Assembly: GCA_000165425.1 (NCBI GenBank)
Contig: CT868024.1
Location: 1 to 64,000, forward strand
Origin: Paramecium tetraurelia
Lineage: Eukaryota
Length of the DNA stretch: 64,000 bases
Direction: 5' to 3'
Part shown: one piece after another, positions 12,997 to 24,317 of the stretch
How positions within the stretch are numbered: the stretch's first letter is position 1
How the letters are laid out: each line of letters opens with the position of its first letter
Position numbers and translations under genes: made by a program
The notes under the pieces: generated by a model
What the model was told of the DNA's origin: nothing
The model's input: the letters and a program-made list of their open reading frames with translations, nothing else
Database searches by the model: none

Positions 12997-13795
12997 TTAT
13001 AATTTATAATAATGATTAGCAATTATGATATTTCCTGTATAATAGAATGAGTAGATTAGAGGAGCTCTATAAATCAGTTCAATAATATATCATGCTTTCT
13101 TTCGATTCATCTTGATTTTAGTATCATTTTATTTCAGGAACTTTTTTGAGCAAATATATTCCAATTGCAGATTCGATTGCTACGATTACATACAAAATCG
13201 GATAATGAGCTAATGTTGAGGCAATTGCCATTCAGACAAATCAAGATATACAATCATCGTTTTTTACTATTTGATGAATAATTCCTTAGATTTCATGAAC
13301 TTTTCTGATATCAAAAAAAATTATAACAGTAATAAAGTGAATAATTAATAATAATATTTAGAGTAAGAATATGTGTCATTTCAAACCTGCTATTACAGCA
13401 TTTAGGATTTTAACGCAATTTTAGATTTCAAAACAGTACCATTCTGTTAAAATTATATGGGATGCGAAATAATTTAAAAATTTTTAACTTATGAATCAAA
13501 TATATTGAAAATATTATTGAAAACCTCATAATTTCATCTGAAATATTAACGTAATTACTTAATTTCTATTTATAATGCTATTGTAAATTAAATTAAGGAG
13601 TCTCAAGTTAATTACGAATTTATATTCATAAATCCAACCATCAACCATAGAATAAAATACGGAACTTAAATGTTTTTTATAATTTGTGGGAAAAAATATT
13701 CCTGTTTTGAAAAAAATTATCAAAAATTAGTTATTTATTATTGAATTTAATCTTGAAATTTTACTAGATTTTAGTAGAAGCTATCTTTAATGCAG

Positions 13796-15099
13796 ATATG
13801 ATTTTTGGATATGTATATTGAACGTAAAAATAATGTATCATTCACCTCCTGAAGATTTAGATCCTGGAGCAACGAATTGTTAGATTTCATCATAAAGGAC
13901 TAAAACGAGTGAAGCACCAATTCCTCTGAAGAAATTAGAAAGGGCTCCTTTGAAGAAGGCTTTTGTTCCTTCATTCTTAGCAATTTTGACAGCACAATCG
14001 AGTGTATTTTTATAAAGAATATCAGCTCTTCCTAATTAAAAGATAATGATAAGAAAATACCTGATTACATCATCATTCTTCTTCTAATTGTATCTAAGGG
14101 ATATGAGATGACTCCTGCAGTTCCGGTGATGAATTAAGCAACAATGAATTTTGCAATAATGTTATTCATCATTGGATTTTTAAATATTGTACCCTTAGCT
14201 GTGTCATATGTACCAAAATAGACACCTCTATATACTACAATTCCCAAAACTGAAACTCCAAAACCTCTATACAATCCGATGAAACCATCAGACTTGTAAA
14301 CTTTGCTCAAACAATCTGATAATCCAGTGAATTATCTCTCAGATTTCCTTAACAATGTCTGCAGCCAATCTTGTTCTTGCAAAATCGAGTGGATAAACAA
14401 CCATTAAGGAAGTAGCACCAGCTGCACCACCTGAAGCCATATTTCCTAAGAAGAAGAGGAATCTCTCTTTCTTTGGGTCTTAATAATTAAAATAAGAATT
14501 ACCAAATGGACAAAGGAGCTTTTTGTAGGCATCTTTGAAAGCAAAGTTCAATGCTTATGTTGGGAAATATCTGATGACATTGGCCAAATTACCTCTCCAT
14601 AAGGCAGATAAGCCCTTTGATCATTGAATGTTATAAGATACCTCTTCTTTTGGGACTCTGATGAAGCAGTCTACAATACCATTGTATTTCTTGGCACCAC
14701 CTTCTTAAATTTTTTTATTAGCATCTTAGGTTTAGAGTAACAATTTGACTCTTTCAATTGGAGCAACAGCAGTCTTTGAAACAGCGGCTGACACACCACC
14801 AATCATGAAATCTCTTATGAAATCAGCCATTTATAAGATAAAAATAAATCTTTTTGAAATTTTGGAACAAATTTGTGCTTATATATCACAAATAAATAAA
14901 TATTATATACTATTCATTAATTTTCTTATTTTTATTACACCACTCTTAATTTGTTTTATTAAAACCTTTTTTAAAAGCTAATTTCTTTTATTTTCTCTTA
15001 CATTCATACTTATCAATTTAGCCATAACATTTTTCTCTTCACATTGTACACCTTTCAATATCTCAATTGAATTTACTCATTTTCTTTCAAATATTAATA
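13796..15099 (-). repeat. Left arm of a 1.3 kb inverted duplication
   Basis: Reverse complement of 15942-17244; the ORF track shows identical 78-aa shadow ORFs at 14745-14981(+) and 16060-16296(-); matching checked by eye to both ends. Confidence 0.97.
13838..14830 (-). pseudogene. Mitochondrial ADP/ATP carrier, copy A, frameshifted as assembled
   Basis: Matches 16211-17202 in the segments compared except 14341-14352, which read GAC ATT GTT AAG GAA ATC TGA instead of GAC ATT GGT AAA AAG TCT GAG (+1 nt, premature TGA at 14341-14339). Could be a consensus error in an intact gene. Confidence 0.7.
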
Positions 15100-15941
15100 A
15101 AACTTATTCGTATTTTTCAACAAATCCTTAAAATATAATGAGTTTTTATCTTATATAGCCATTATATTAAATGGCTATATCATTTACCATCATTATTTCT
15201 TTGATTATTGAATATGAGTGTTAACCTTATTCTAAGATTCATAAAATGTAACTCTTTGTAAATAAAGTATTTATTTAAGTGTTGATAAAATGAATCAAAG
15301 CTTTCATTAATCTGCTTATTATCAAAGTAAAGTAACACACTTTAGCAATTGAGTTTTTCGCGTTCATTAACTTTAAATATAGGCTGAAATAATATTTTTA
15401 TCAATTTATCATTATTACTTATCAATAATTTAATTATAATTCAAAATCATTGACATTATAAAATTCTTTAAACATTATGTTAGGTACTCTTGTGGTTTCT
15501 CAACCATAATACGAAGTCGAAAAACCAAAATATTTTAGTAAATTAACCTTAATATTTAGAATTCCAAAAATTAGCTTAATAAAGTATATCTTTAATAAGC
15601 AAATTTATTGTGATATAAATAGTTTTATTTTCGGTGCATTAATCACTGCTATAAAATAAATTTGTAATCACATCATTATAAAATATTTAGATAAAGCATA
15701 ATAAACTATATCAACATGCTTTAATTCTTATGATTAAAGAAACTATAATGAATAAGATTATGTTAAATAATTAAAATAAATCACAACTTTCATAAAAATT
15801 GAAAATTAATCCTTTTGTAAATTCAATTTAAAAACCCTTAAATTGTAAATTTTAAATTAGACTTATAAACAAAAAGGAACATGTAATATATTTAAATGAA
15901 AAGACTTAAATAAAATTATAAGCATTTATTAGAAAGAAGAG

Positions 15942-17244
15942 TATTAATATTTGAAAGAAAATGAGTAAATTCAATTGAGATATTGAAAGGTGTACAATGT
16001 GAAGAGAAAAATGTTATGGCTAAATTGATAAGTATGAATGTAAGAGAAAATAAAAGAAATTAGCTTTTAAAAAAGGTTTTAATAAAACAAATTAAGAGTG
16101 GTGTAATAAAAATAAGAAAATTAATGAATAGTATATAATATTTATTTATTTGTGATATATAAGCACAAATTTGTTCCAAAATTTCAAAAAGATTTATTTT
16201 TATCTTATAAATGGCTGATTTCATAAGAGATTTCATGATTGGTGGTGTGTCAGCCGCTGTTTCAAAGACTGCTGTTGCTCCAATTGAAAGAGTCAAATTG
16301 TTACTCTAAACCTAAGATGCTAATAAAAAAATTTAAGAAGGTGGTGCCAAGAAATACAATGGTATTGTAGACTGCTTCATCAGAGTCCCAAAAGAAGAGG
16401 TATCTTATAACATTCAATGATCAAAGGGCTTATCTGCCTTATGGAGAGGTAATTTGGCCAATGTCATCAGATATTTCCCAACATAAGCATTGAACTTTGC
16501 TTTCAAAGATGCCTACAAAAAGCTCCTTTGTCCATTTGGTAATTCTTATTTTAATTATTAAGACCCAAAGAAAGAGAGATTCCTCTTCTTCTTAGGAAAT
16601 ATGGCTTCAGGTGGTGCAGCTGGTGCTACTTCCTTAATGGTTGTTTATCCACTCGATTTTGCAAGAACAAGATTGGCTGCAGACATTGGTAAAAAGTCTG
16701 AGAGATAATTCACTGGATTATCAGATTGTTTGAGCAAAGTTTACAAGTCTGATGGTTTCATCGGATTGTATAGAGGTTTTGGAGTTTCAGTTTTGGGAAT
16801 TGTAGTATATAGAGGTGTCTATTTTGGTACATATGACACAGCTAAGGGTACAATATTTAAAAATCCAATGATGAATAACATTATTGCAAAATTCATTGTT
16901 GCTTAATTCATCACCGGAACTGCAGGAGTCATCTCATATCCCTTAGATACAATTAGAAGAAGAATGATGATGTAATCAGGTATTTTCTTATCATTATCTT
17001 TTAATTAGGAAGAGCTGATATTCTTTATAAAAATACACTCGATTGTGCTGTCAAAATTGCTAAGAATGAAGGAACAAAAGCCTTCTTCAAAGGAGCCCTT
17101 TCTAATTTCTTCAGAGGAATTGGTGCTTCACTCGTTTTAGTCCTTTATGATGAAATCTAACAATTCGTTGCTCCAGGATCTAAATCTTCAGGAGGTGAAT
17201 GATACATTATTTTTACGTTCAATATACATATCCAAAAATCATAT
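15942..17244 (+). repeat. Right arm of a 1.3 kb inverted duplication
   Basis: Reverse complement of 13796-15099; includes ~270 bp upstream sequence, three introns and 42 bp past the stop codon. Confidence 0.97.
16211..17202 (+). CDS. AAC: Mitochondrial ADP/ATP carrier (adenine nucleotide translocator), copy B, intact
   Basis: [82 protein letters not shown] signature; three short introns. Confidence 0.97.
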
Positions 17245-17492
17245 ATCAATATATTTTCTTATCATTTCCTTTTTTTGTAATAATTTTAGACTTTATAACA
17301 CAAAATAGGTTTTATGTGAAAATAATTATATATCTACAATAATTATTTTAATATTCTCTATTCATCATCTAACTTCGATAAATTTTTATTTATACGAAGT
17401 CTCTTTGCATATTTTTCGAATTTATTTTATCAATCCTCATTAAAACTATTTTTACAAATAGTGTAAAAATATAATAAATCACTTTTATTTTA

Positions 17493-18453
17493 ATGACAGA
17501 TTTTTTATATAACTTTCTCATAGGGGGAGTTACAGCTGCATGTTCAAAAACTGCCTTTGCCCCATTTGAGAGAGTTAAACTACTACTCTAAACCTAAGAT
17601 GCCATTTTAAAAGTGTAGAATGGACAAACAAAGAAATATAATGGAATCATTGATTGTTTCTCACGAATATTAAAAGAAGAGGTTTTTTAAATAATCAACT
17701 ATTCAGGGATTATCTGCGTTTTGGAGAGGAAACTTCCCAAACATCATCAGATTTTTCCCAGCGCAAGCTTTAAGCTTTGCTTTTAAGGATACATACAAAT
17801 AAATATTCATCCAATATGGTTTATAAAATATAATATCTTTAAGATCCAAAGAAATAACCAATTCGTTTTTTTCTAAGTAATATTGCTGCAGGGGGTGCAG
17901 CTGGCGCCACTTCTTTGCTATTAGTTTATCCTTTAGATTTTGCAAGAACAAGATTAGCAGTAGATATTGGTAAGTAAGCTGAAAGGCAATTCACTGGGTT
18001 AACTGATTGTTTGAGTAAAATGTATAAGTCTGATGGTTTCATCGGATTGTATAGAGGTTTCGGAGTTACAATTTTTGGTGTGGTGTTTTATTGAGCCATA
18101 TATTTTGGTGCTTTTGACACAGCAAAATGGATGTTTAATCACTAAAATCATATATTTTATCTATTTCTTTTAGGTTAATTTGTAACATTTACTGCTGGTA
18201 TTTTATCATATCCCTTAGATACAATAAGAAGAAGGATGATGATGCAATCAGGTATATTATTAGTAATTATCGATAAATAGGGAGAGATGATGTACTTTAT
18301 AAAAATAGTTTTCATTGTTGTTTCAAAATTATTAAAAATGAAGGAATAAAAGGATTGTTTAAAGGACTTCTTTTAGAGTTTTCTTCTAAATTAGGATTTT
18401 CATTTATGTTAGCATTTTATTCTAGTATATAATCGCATTCTAACTTTAATTGA
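17493..18453 (+). pseudogene. Divergent ADP/ATP carrier, copy C, with one in-frame TGA
   Basis: [22 protein letters not shown] and RRRMMM retained, same three intron positions, but TGA at 18092-18094 replaces the Arg of YR(G/A)xYFG. Confidence 0.8.
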
Positions 18454-18721
18454 AGTGAAAATGAATATAAATAATTAAATACATATTTATTGCATATTTT
18501 TATTTCGTTATTTTATACAATATTATATTATTATTTCGAGTATAATATTTTATTTAAATTCCCTACTTCTCTTCTTAAAAAACTCCTAATGGGGTTATTA
18601 TAGGTCAGGATGATTTTGAGTCCAAGAAAAATGGATTGATTTCTTTAAGAGAGAGATTTAAAGGCGGGTTAAAGGGTTAAAAGTGAAGATTTATTTAAAT
18701 GAATATATAAATAAATATATT

Positions 18722-20485
18722 ATGAATTAAGATATTTAGACATAAGACCAATTGATAGAGTACTTAACTTCGATTGATTAGTAACATTTAATCACTTACA
18801 TTCATAATTATACTCAATAATAGATTACAGAATTTATAGATCAAATAAATCAACTCAACAAGAATTATCCAGGAGGAATCAAAGAGTATGCAAATAGAGC
18901 AAGAAAAGTACGAATTTATAAATATAATTAGTTATTGCTTGATGCTTCTGAAGATGTCAACCCATTTGCTGAATATACAGCTCATGTACCATAAGGACAG
19001 AATGTAGATATTTATTCTGAAGAATATTGCCGATTGGAATAATTGGGAGTCGAAGAAATTAAGGATACATGTTTTGTATTAGTGGCAGGTGGTTTAGGTG
19101 AGAGATTAGGTTATGATGGAATTAAAGTAGCTTTGCCAATAGATTTAGTTACCAATACAACTTACTTAGAATATTATTGTTAATTTATACTGAATTTATA
19201 AAAAAAACATGGTAACAAAATATTACCCTTTGCAATAATGACATCAGATGATACTCACAAATTAACTTTGTAGTTATTGGAGAACAACTTATATTTCGGA
19301 TTATAAAAGGAATAAGTAACTCTCATCAAATAAGAAAAAGTACCAGCCATGTTGGATAACCTTGCTCATTTCGCTTAAGTTCCAGGAAAATTATTAATAG
19401 ATACAAAACCACATGGTCATGGTGATATTCACACATTGTTATATATGTCTGGTTTGGCCTAAAAGTGGAAAAATGAGGGAAGAAAGTGGTTATTTATTTT
19501 TTAAGATACAAACGCATAGGCCTTTAGAGCATTACCAGTAGTCTTAGGAGTAAGTAAGGAAAACAAGTTTGAATTGAATTCTATTGTTGTAAGTCGCAAA
19601 CCTGGAGAAGCAGTTGGAGCTATTTGTTATTTGGTTGATAAAAATAATAAAGGATTAACATTGAATGTAGAATATAATCAATTAGACCCATTGGTCAAAG
19701 CTTAAGGTGGTGAACCTGTAGATGAACAAGGCTTTTCGAAATATCCTGGAAATATAAATTGTTTATTATTCTCTTTGAATGAGTACGAAACAGTATTATA
19801 AGAAACTAAAGGATTAATCGCTGAATTCATCAATCCTAAATATGCAGATGCTACAAAAACAAAGTTTAAGTCATCATCCAGATTGGAATGCATGATGTAA
19901 GACTATCCTAAACTTTTGGGACCTGAAAATAAAGTAGGATTTACAGCTTTGAACAGAAGATTCTGTTTCTCAGCTTGTAAAAATGATCTTGCAACAGCTT
20001 TAACTAAATAGAAATCTAATTTGCCTTTGGAGTGTGCAGGTTCATCAGAAAATGATTTCTATTGGCTCAATGCAGAATTATTAAGAATGGCAGGTGTTTA
20101 AATTCCTGATTCAGTTTCAGATGAACTTAATTACAACGGATTAGAATTCAAATTTGGACCTAAAATTGTATTACATCCATCATTTGGTGTTACTCTTTCT
20201 GAAATCAAATCTAGAATCAAAGGAAGTAAGATATTGTAATTATCTTTTTAGAAGTTTAGATTTCATCAAACTCAACTGTCATCCTTGGGGGATAAGCAGA
20301 ATTAAATTCTGTGAATATTGATGGTTATGCTTAATTATTTGGAAATGGTAATAAGTATGGTGTTAATTTTAGGTTAATTTAATGTGGACATTAAAGGTGC
20401 TGATGGACCAAAATTAGTAGCATTAGAACAATAAGATGGCGTGCCTGGATATATAAAAATTAGGGGTTATAGATTACAAAAATGA
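18722..20485 (+). CDS. USP: UDP-sugar pyrophosphorylase (UDPGP family)
   Basis: [76 protein letters not shown]. Confidence 0.93.
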
Positions 20486-20545
20486 GATATTATTAATATC
20501 AAAAATTAAAAATTATTAATTATACATATGATATATCTATATTCA

Positions 20546-21673
20546 TCATATTAATTAATTAGGTATGTTTGAATATGCCATGATATTTTCATTGTTACAA
20601 TCAACAAATAAATTCTATAAAACTAATAAAATTAAATACATTTGAGAAATTGAAGTTTGGTAATTCAGGCATAAAATTTGGTTTAATTTATGGTTTTAAT
20701 GATTATTGAACTCTTTTAATGTTGTAGTGAGATTATTTGCGTCCTTTATTGAACCCAAATGATTTATATTCTTCATAAATTTTTATAAGCAATTACTCAA
20801 CTAATTGACAGGCCTACTCGATTTACAATTAATTTACTTTTAAAAATAGATGATTATGTTTAGATGAAACACATAAATGCAAAGGTTCTTGTGATTCTCT
20901 TTTTTCAGGACCTTCTTTATACCCGGAGCCTCTTCCTCTGAGTCTCAGTTTAACAAGGTCTAATTCCTTTGTATCGCAATCTATTAAGCATTAATCTATG
21001 ATTTTCTTCATATTGCATCCCTTAGCTCCTAAATCAGTTGGATTATAAAAAATACCTATGATTTTGCGAGCTACTTAGAAGTCTTTGTCATTATCAATTT
21101 AGACATCATATCGGCAAGTGAATTTTTATTAGTTGGAGTCTTGTATTTCCATAATTTCCAATAGATCTTATTAGGTTGTAAATTCAATTTTGATAGTAAC
21201 ATCCAATTCTTTAATTTAATGTTTGTTTAATAGTTTATAAACAATGAAGGCATCAAAAAGTGTATTGAACTTAATTATGATGGCTCCATTTAATTTAGTA
21301 TAGACTTATTTGACTTCTCCAAAATTTTCACAAACCTATAATTTTGAATATAAAAATTTCGTTACTTATTTAATATCTTCTTAATCCAACTCTATTTCAT
21401 AATTGTCTTCGCTTGCTAATTCAACAGTCAAATATTGATGGGGATATTGTTTATTCTAATTTTAGGGTGATATAAATTACTTTCTGTTTCAGCATAGAAT
21501 TAATTCTCTATTTAACTTTTTGATCATGTATAATTAGATTTATTTATTCGCGATTCGTAGGAGAGGTGTTTACTAAATTATCATCACCCTATTCTAACTA
21601 AAAAGTTATTATGGAATCATACAAGGAAATTAGTCATCTCCTCTATTTGCTTAGAGATCTCTTAGAAACTCAT
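20546..21673 (-). CDS. RNA-binding protein with RRM-like and SF1/BBP-type KH domain
   Basis: VARKIIGAKGCNMKKI after intron removal; KLRLRGRGSGYKEGPEKRESQEPLHLCVS; upstream VCENFGEV..GAIIIKF. Confidence 0.85.
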
Positions 21674-21709
21674 TAATAAATTCGGTTAAAATAATATATT
21701 TTGTATTAT

Positions 21710-22255
21710 TCATATCATCTCCTCACTTTTTAATTGTTTTAAAAATGGAATCTTAGTATATTTGGGAACAGAAAGACGTTTACTTATTCTCTATTGATAA
21801 GAATATGATGGAGTCTGTACACCAGAACGAGGTCTATAATTTTCAAACCATCACTACCTTGCTCTTTCAGGTGTTCTTAATCCCTATTTAAATGAAACTA
21901 ACCAATGTCTATCTCCACAAGTATTCATCAAACCACCATGGTTATCTCTATTCACATTTATTTCAATACAATTTACAAAACATATTTGTCTCTCCCACTT
22001 CCATCACTGACATAATGTAGGGTCTTATTGCTTGATTGTGGTCTAAAGATTGGGCCACTGCGTTTGGGCTAGAAACTGCCTATTGGTGGTTAATGACATT
22101 TCTATGCATGCATAGTCAATCCTCCGTTATCAAATTGTATGTAAGTATCACGCCCTAAAGTTATTTAATACTTGATCATCACTACCTGTTCCATCTGAGT
22201 AATAATAATTAGCTCTTCCATATTAAGCTTCTGTTTTTATGTTATTTGCTTTCAT
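21710..22255 (-). CDS. Small hypothetical protein with a duplicated YxxDGxGRDxY..DNxGG motif
   Basis: YYSDGTGRDTYIQFDNGGL and HYVSDGSGRDKYVLDNHGGL after removing three introns; C-terminal SKRLSVPK. Confidence 0.75.
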
Positions 22256-23634
22256 CCTTTTTATTAAAATATATAAATACTTAAATCAATTATTATTATT
22301 TTCTAATTCAAAATAACTCACTAGATTTATATGCTTTTCTGATAATTTTCATCATCTGAGTGTGGAATCTCATAATTCAGTTTGATTGCTCTTCAAAAAT
22401 GATGAAACCTAATTTTTACTTTATACTATTGGGTTTCTTCCTCTTAATTGCGATGTTCGTGTTTGGAATGATATCAGATAATAATTAATTTTACAAAGAA
22501 GACTTCTACTGAGAATTATTGCATATGACTAATACTATTAAGAATCTAATTAATCGTAACTTAGAGATATGAGAAACACAATTACTTCACTAAAAAGTTG
22601 TATCTACTTATTTTTTGGAAACTCTCAAATTAAACAAATATTAATCAGATCTCCACAATATGAAATAGAATCATTTTGTATAATTCCTAAATTCACTATT
22701 GCGATGCAATAGATGACATATAGCTTCTAAGAAATTAATTCTAAATATCATAAAAGTAATATGTTATTATTTTGTGTGAAAAAATTTGTGATAGATTAAA
22801 AGTAATTAATGATAAAGAAGTTCATTATTTATTTCTATTAACTCAAAATTTCAATTAATAAGGACTTATTTGTCAGGATTTGAAGTCTGATGTCGATGAT
22901 TGTTTCAATTTCTATTAAAATTTACTTAATTTCAATTCAAAGTCTATAGTAATTTTTTGAATTCATAGTAATTGTCAATCATTGAAGTCAAGAATTTAGA
23001 GTAGAGATATTCAAGTAAAGATTATATTATATTAAAGAAAAAGAAGTTGAGATAGAATCTCCATGCTAATATTTAAAAATTATTAAAATCATTCATGACG
23101 AATTGATGAAATCTATACCTTGTGGTAAGACTCGAATATTACAATACCTAAATAACTAACATTCACAATTTCGCACTTTATCAACACAATCTTATACAAA
23201 CTAAAACAATCCATTATTTTCTTTGATTTAATACCTATTACAAAGATGTTCACCTTATTGTTATTTACTTGATGAAATGATATAGATTTGTAACCATTCC
23301 CCACTATTTCTATTAGAATTCTTTGTAAATTTATTTGAAGATTCAAAGCTTTTAAATACTCAATATACTATTAATTTTTATTTAGTTAAATTGGAAAATT
23401 TTAATTAAGTTTATAAATAAAATAGAAAGTAGAAATATTAAACTCTCATCCATATATTAACAAGACCATTATAGTTTTTATAACTAAATAAATATATCAA
23501 TTAGCAAGATTATAATAATCATTTTGATTTATTCTAAATAAATTTTACCAAAATATTTTAATAGAATTCGAAATAACACTATAAAATATTGTTAATATCT
23601 AAGAATACCCTGAGTTTAATATTTATAATAACAA

Positions 23635-24183
23635 ATGGACTTAGAATTATTCACCCCTTAATAGTCACAATTCCTTTACCCCATTGAAATTAACGAGCAG
23701 TCCTTTGAAGATTCGCAATCTTTTATTAAAAATAAAACTCTTGAATAAAACAGTTTAGGAGCAACTTAAGCTAAAACTCAGTAGATGGTTTATCAATAAA
23801 AAGATCTGAATTATAAAAATTTCCCAAAACTAATTGGTAATAATTTTTTGAAATGGGTAAATAAACAAGTTGCGGAGGAAAAAATTGGATAAATCCCTTA
23901 AGGAATTGAAAATTTAATGAAATCAAGGGGGAAATGCAAACAACCGAATTTTACTATTAAAGATCTCTAACAATTATGCCGAGATTAAGCCTCTTAAAAG
24001 TTGTTTCAAGAGTTCATGTAGTATTAATTATTTTTGGATTTATTCCACAGCAATAAAATCGCTGATCCCTACTCTTATATTCCAGGGATAAGTAACTATT
24101 TTTCGGCAGCTGAAGAACCTGATAAGATGAAGAGTAATTATTTAACCAGAAATTAATTTACATAAGCTTCCAAATAAAACTGA
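23635..24183 (+). CDS. Hypothetical 182-aa protein
   Basis: Uninterrupted ATG..TGA frame of 549 nt with TAR=Gln; contains KNFPKLIGNNFLKWV. Confidence 0.75.
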
Positions 24184-24317
24184 ATTATATATTAACAAAT
24201 TAAAATTATGAGAAATCTATATATATAATTATAAATAAATCATGGAGAACATTTTAATGTTAATAATAAAACTGATTAATTATGTTTTTGATTCTCTATT
24301 ATAATTTATTTATTTTT

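Noticed and set aside
13090..13296. 68-aa minus-strand frame (MKSKELFIKQQK..)
   Set aside because: With only one stop codon such frames arise by chance; no motif or other support
14745..16296. Two identical 78-aa ORFs in the ORF track (14745-14981 + and 16060-16296 -)
   Set aside because: Antisense shadows of the AAC 5' region and promoter; useful only as markers of the inverted repeat
18092..18094. In-frame TGA as selenocysteine
   Set aside because: The aligned residue is a conserved Arg rather than Cys, and I saw no convincing SECIS in the AT-rich sequence right after the stop
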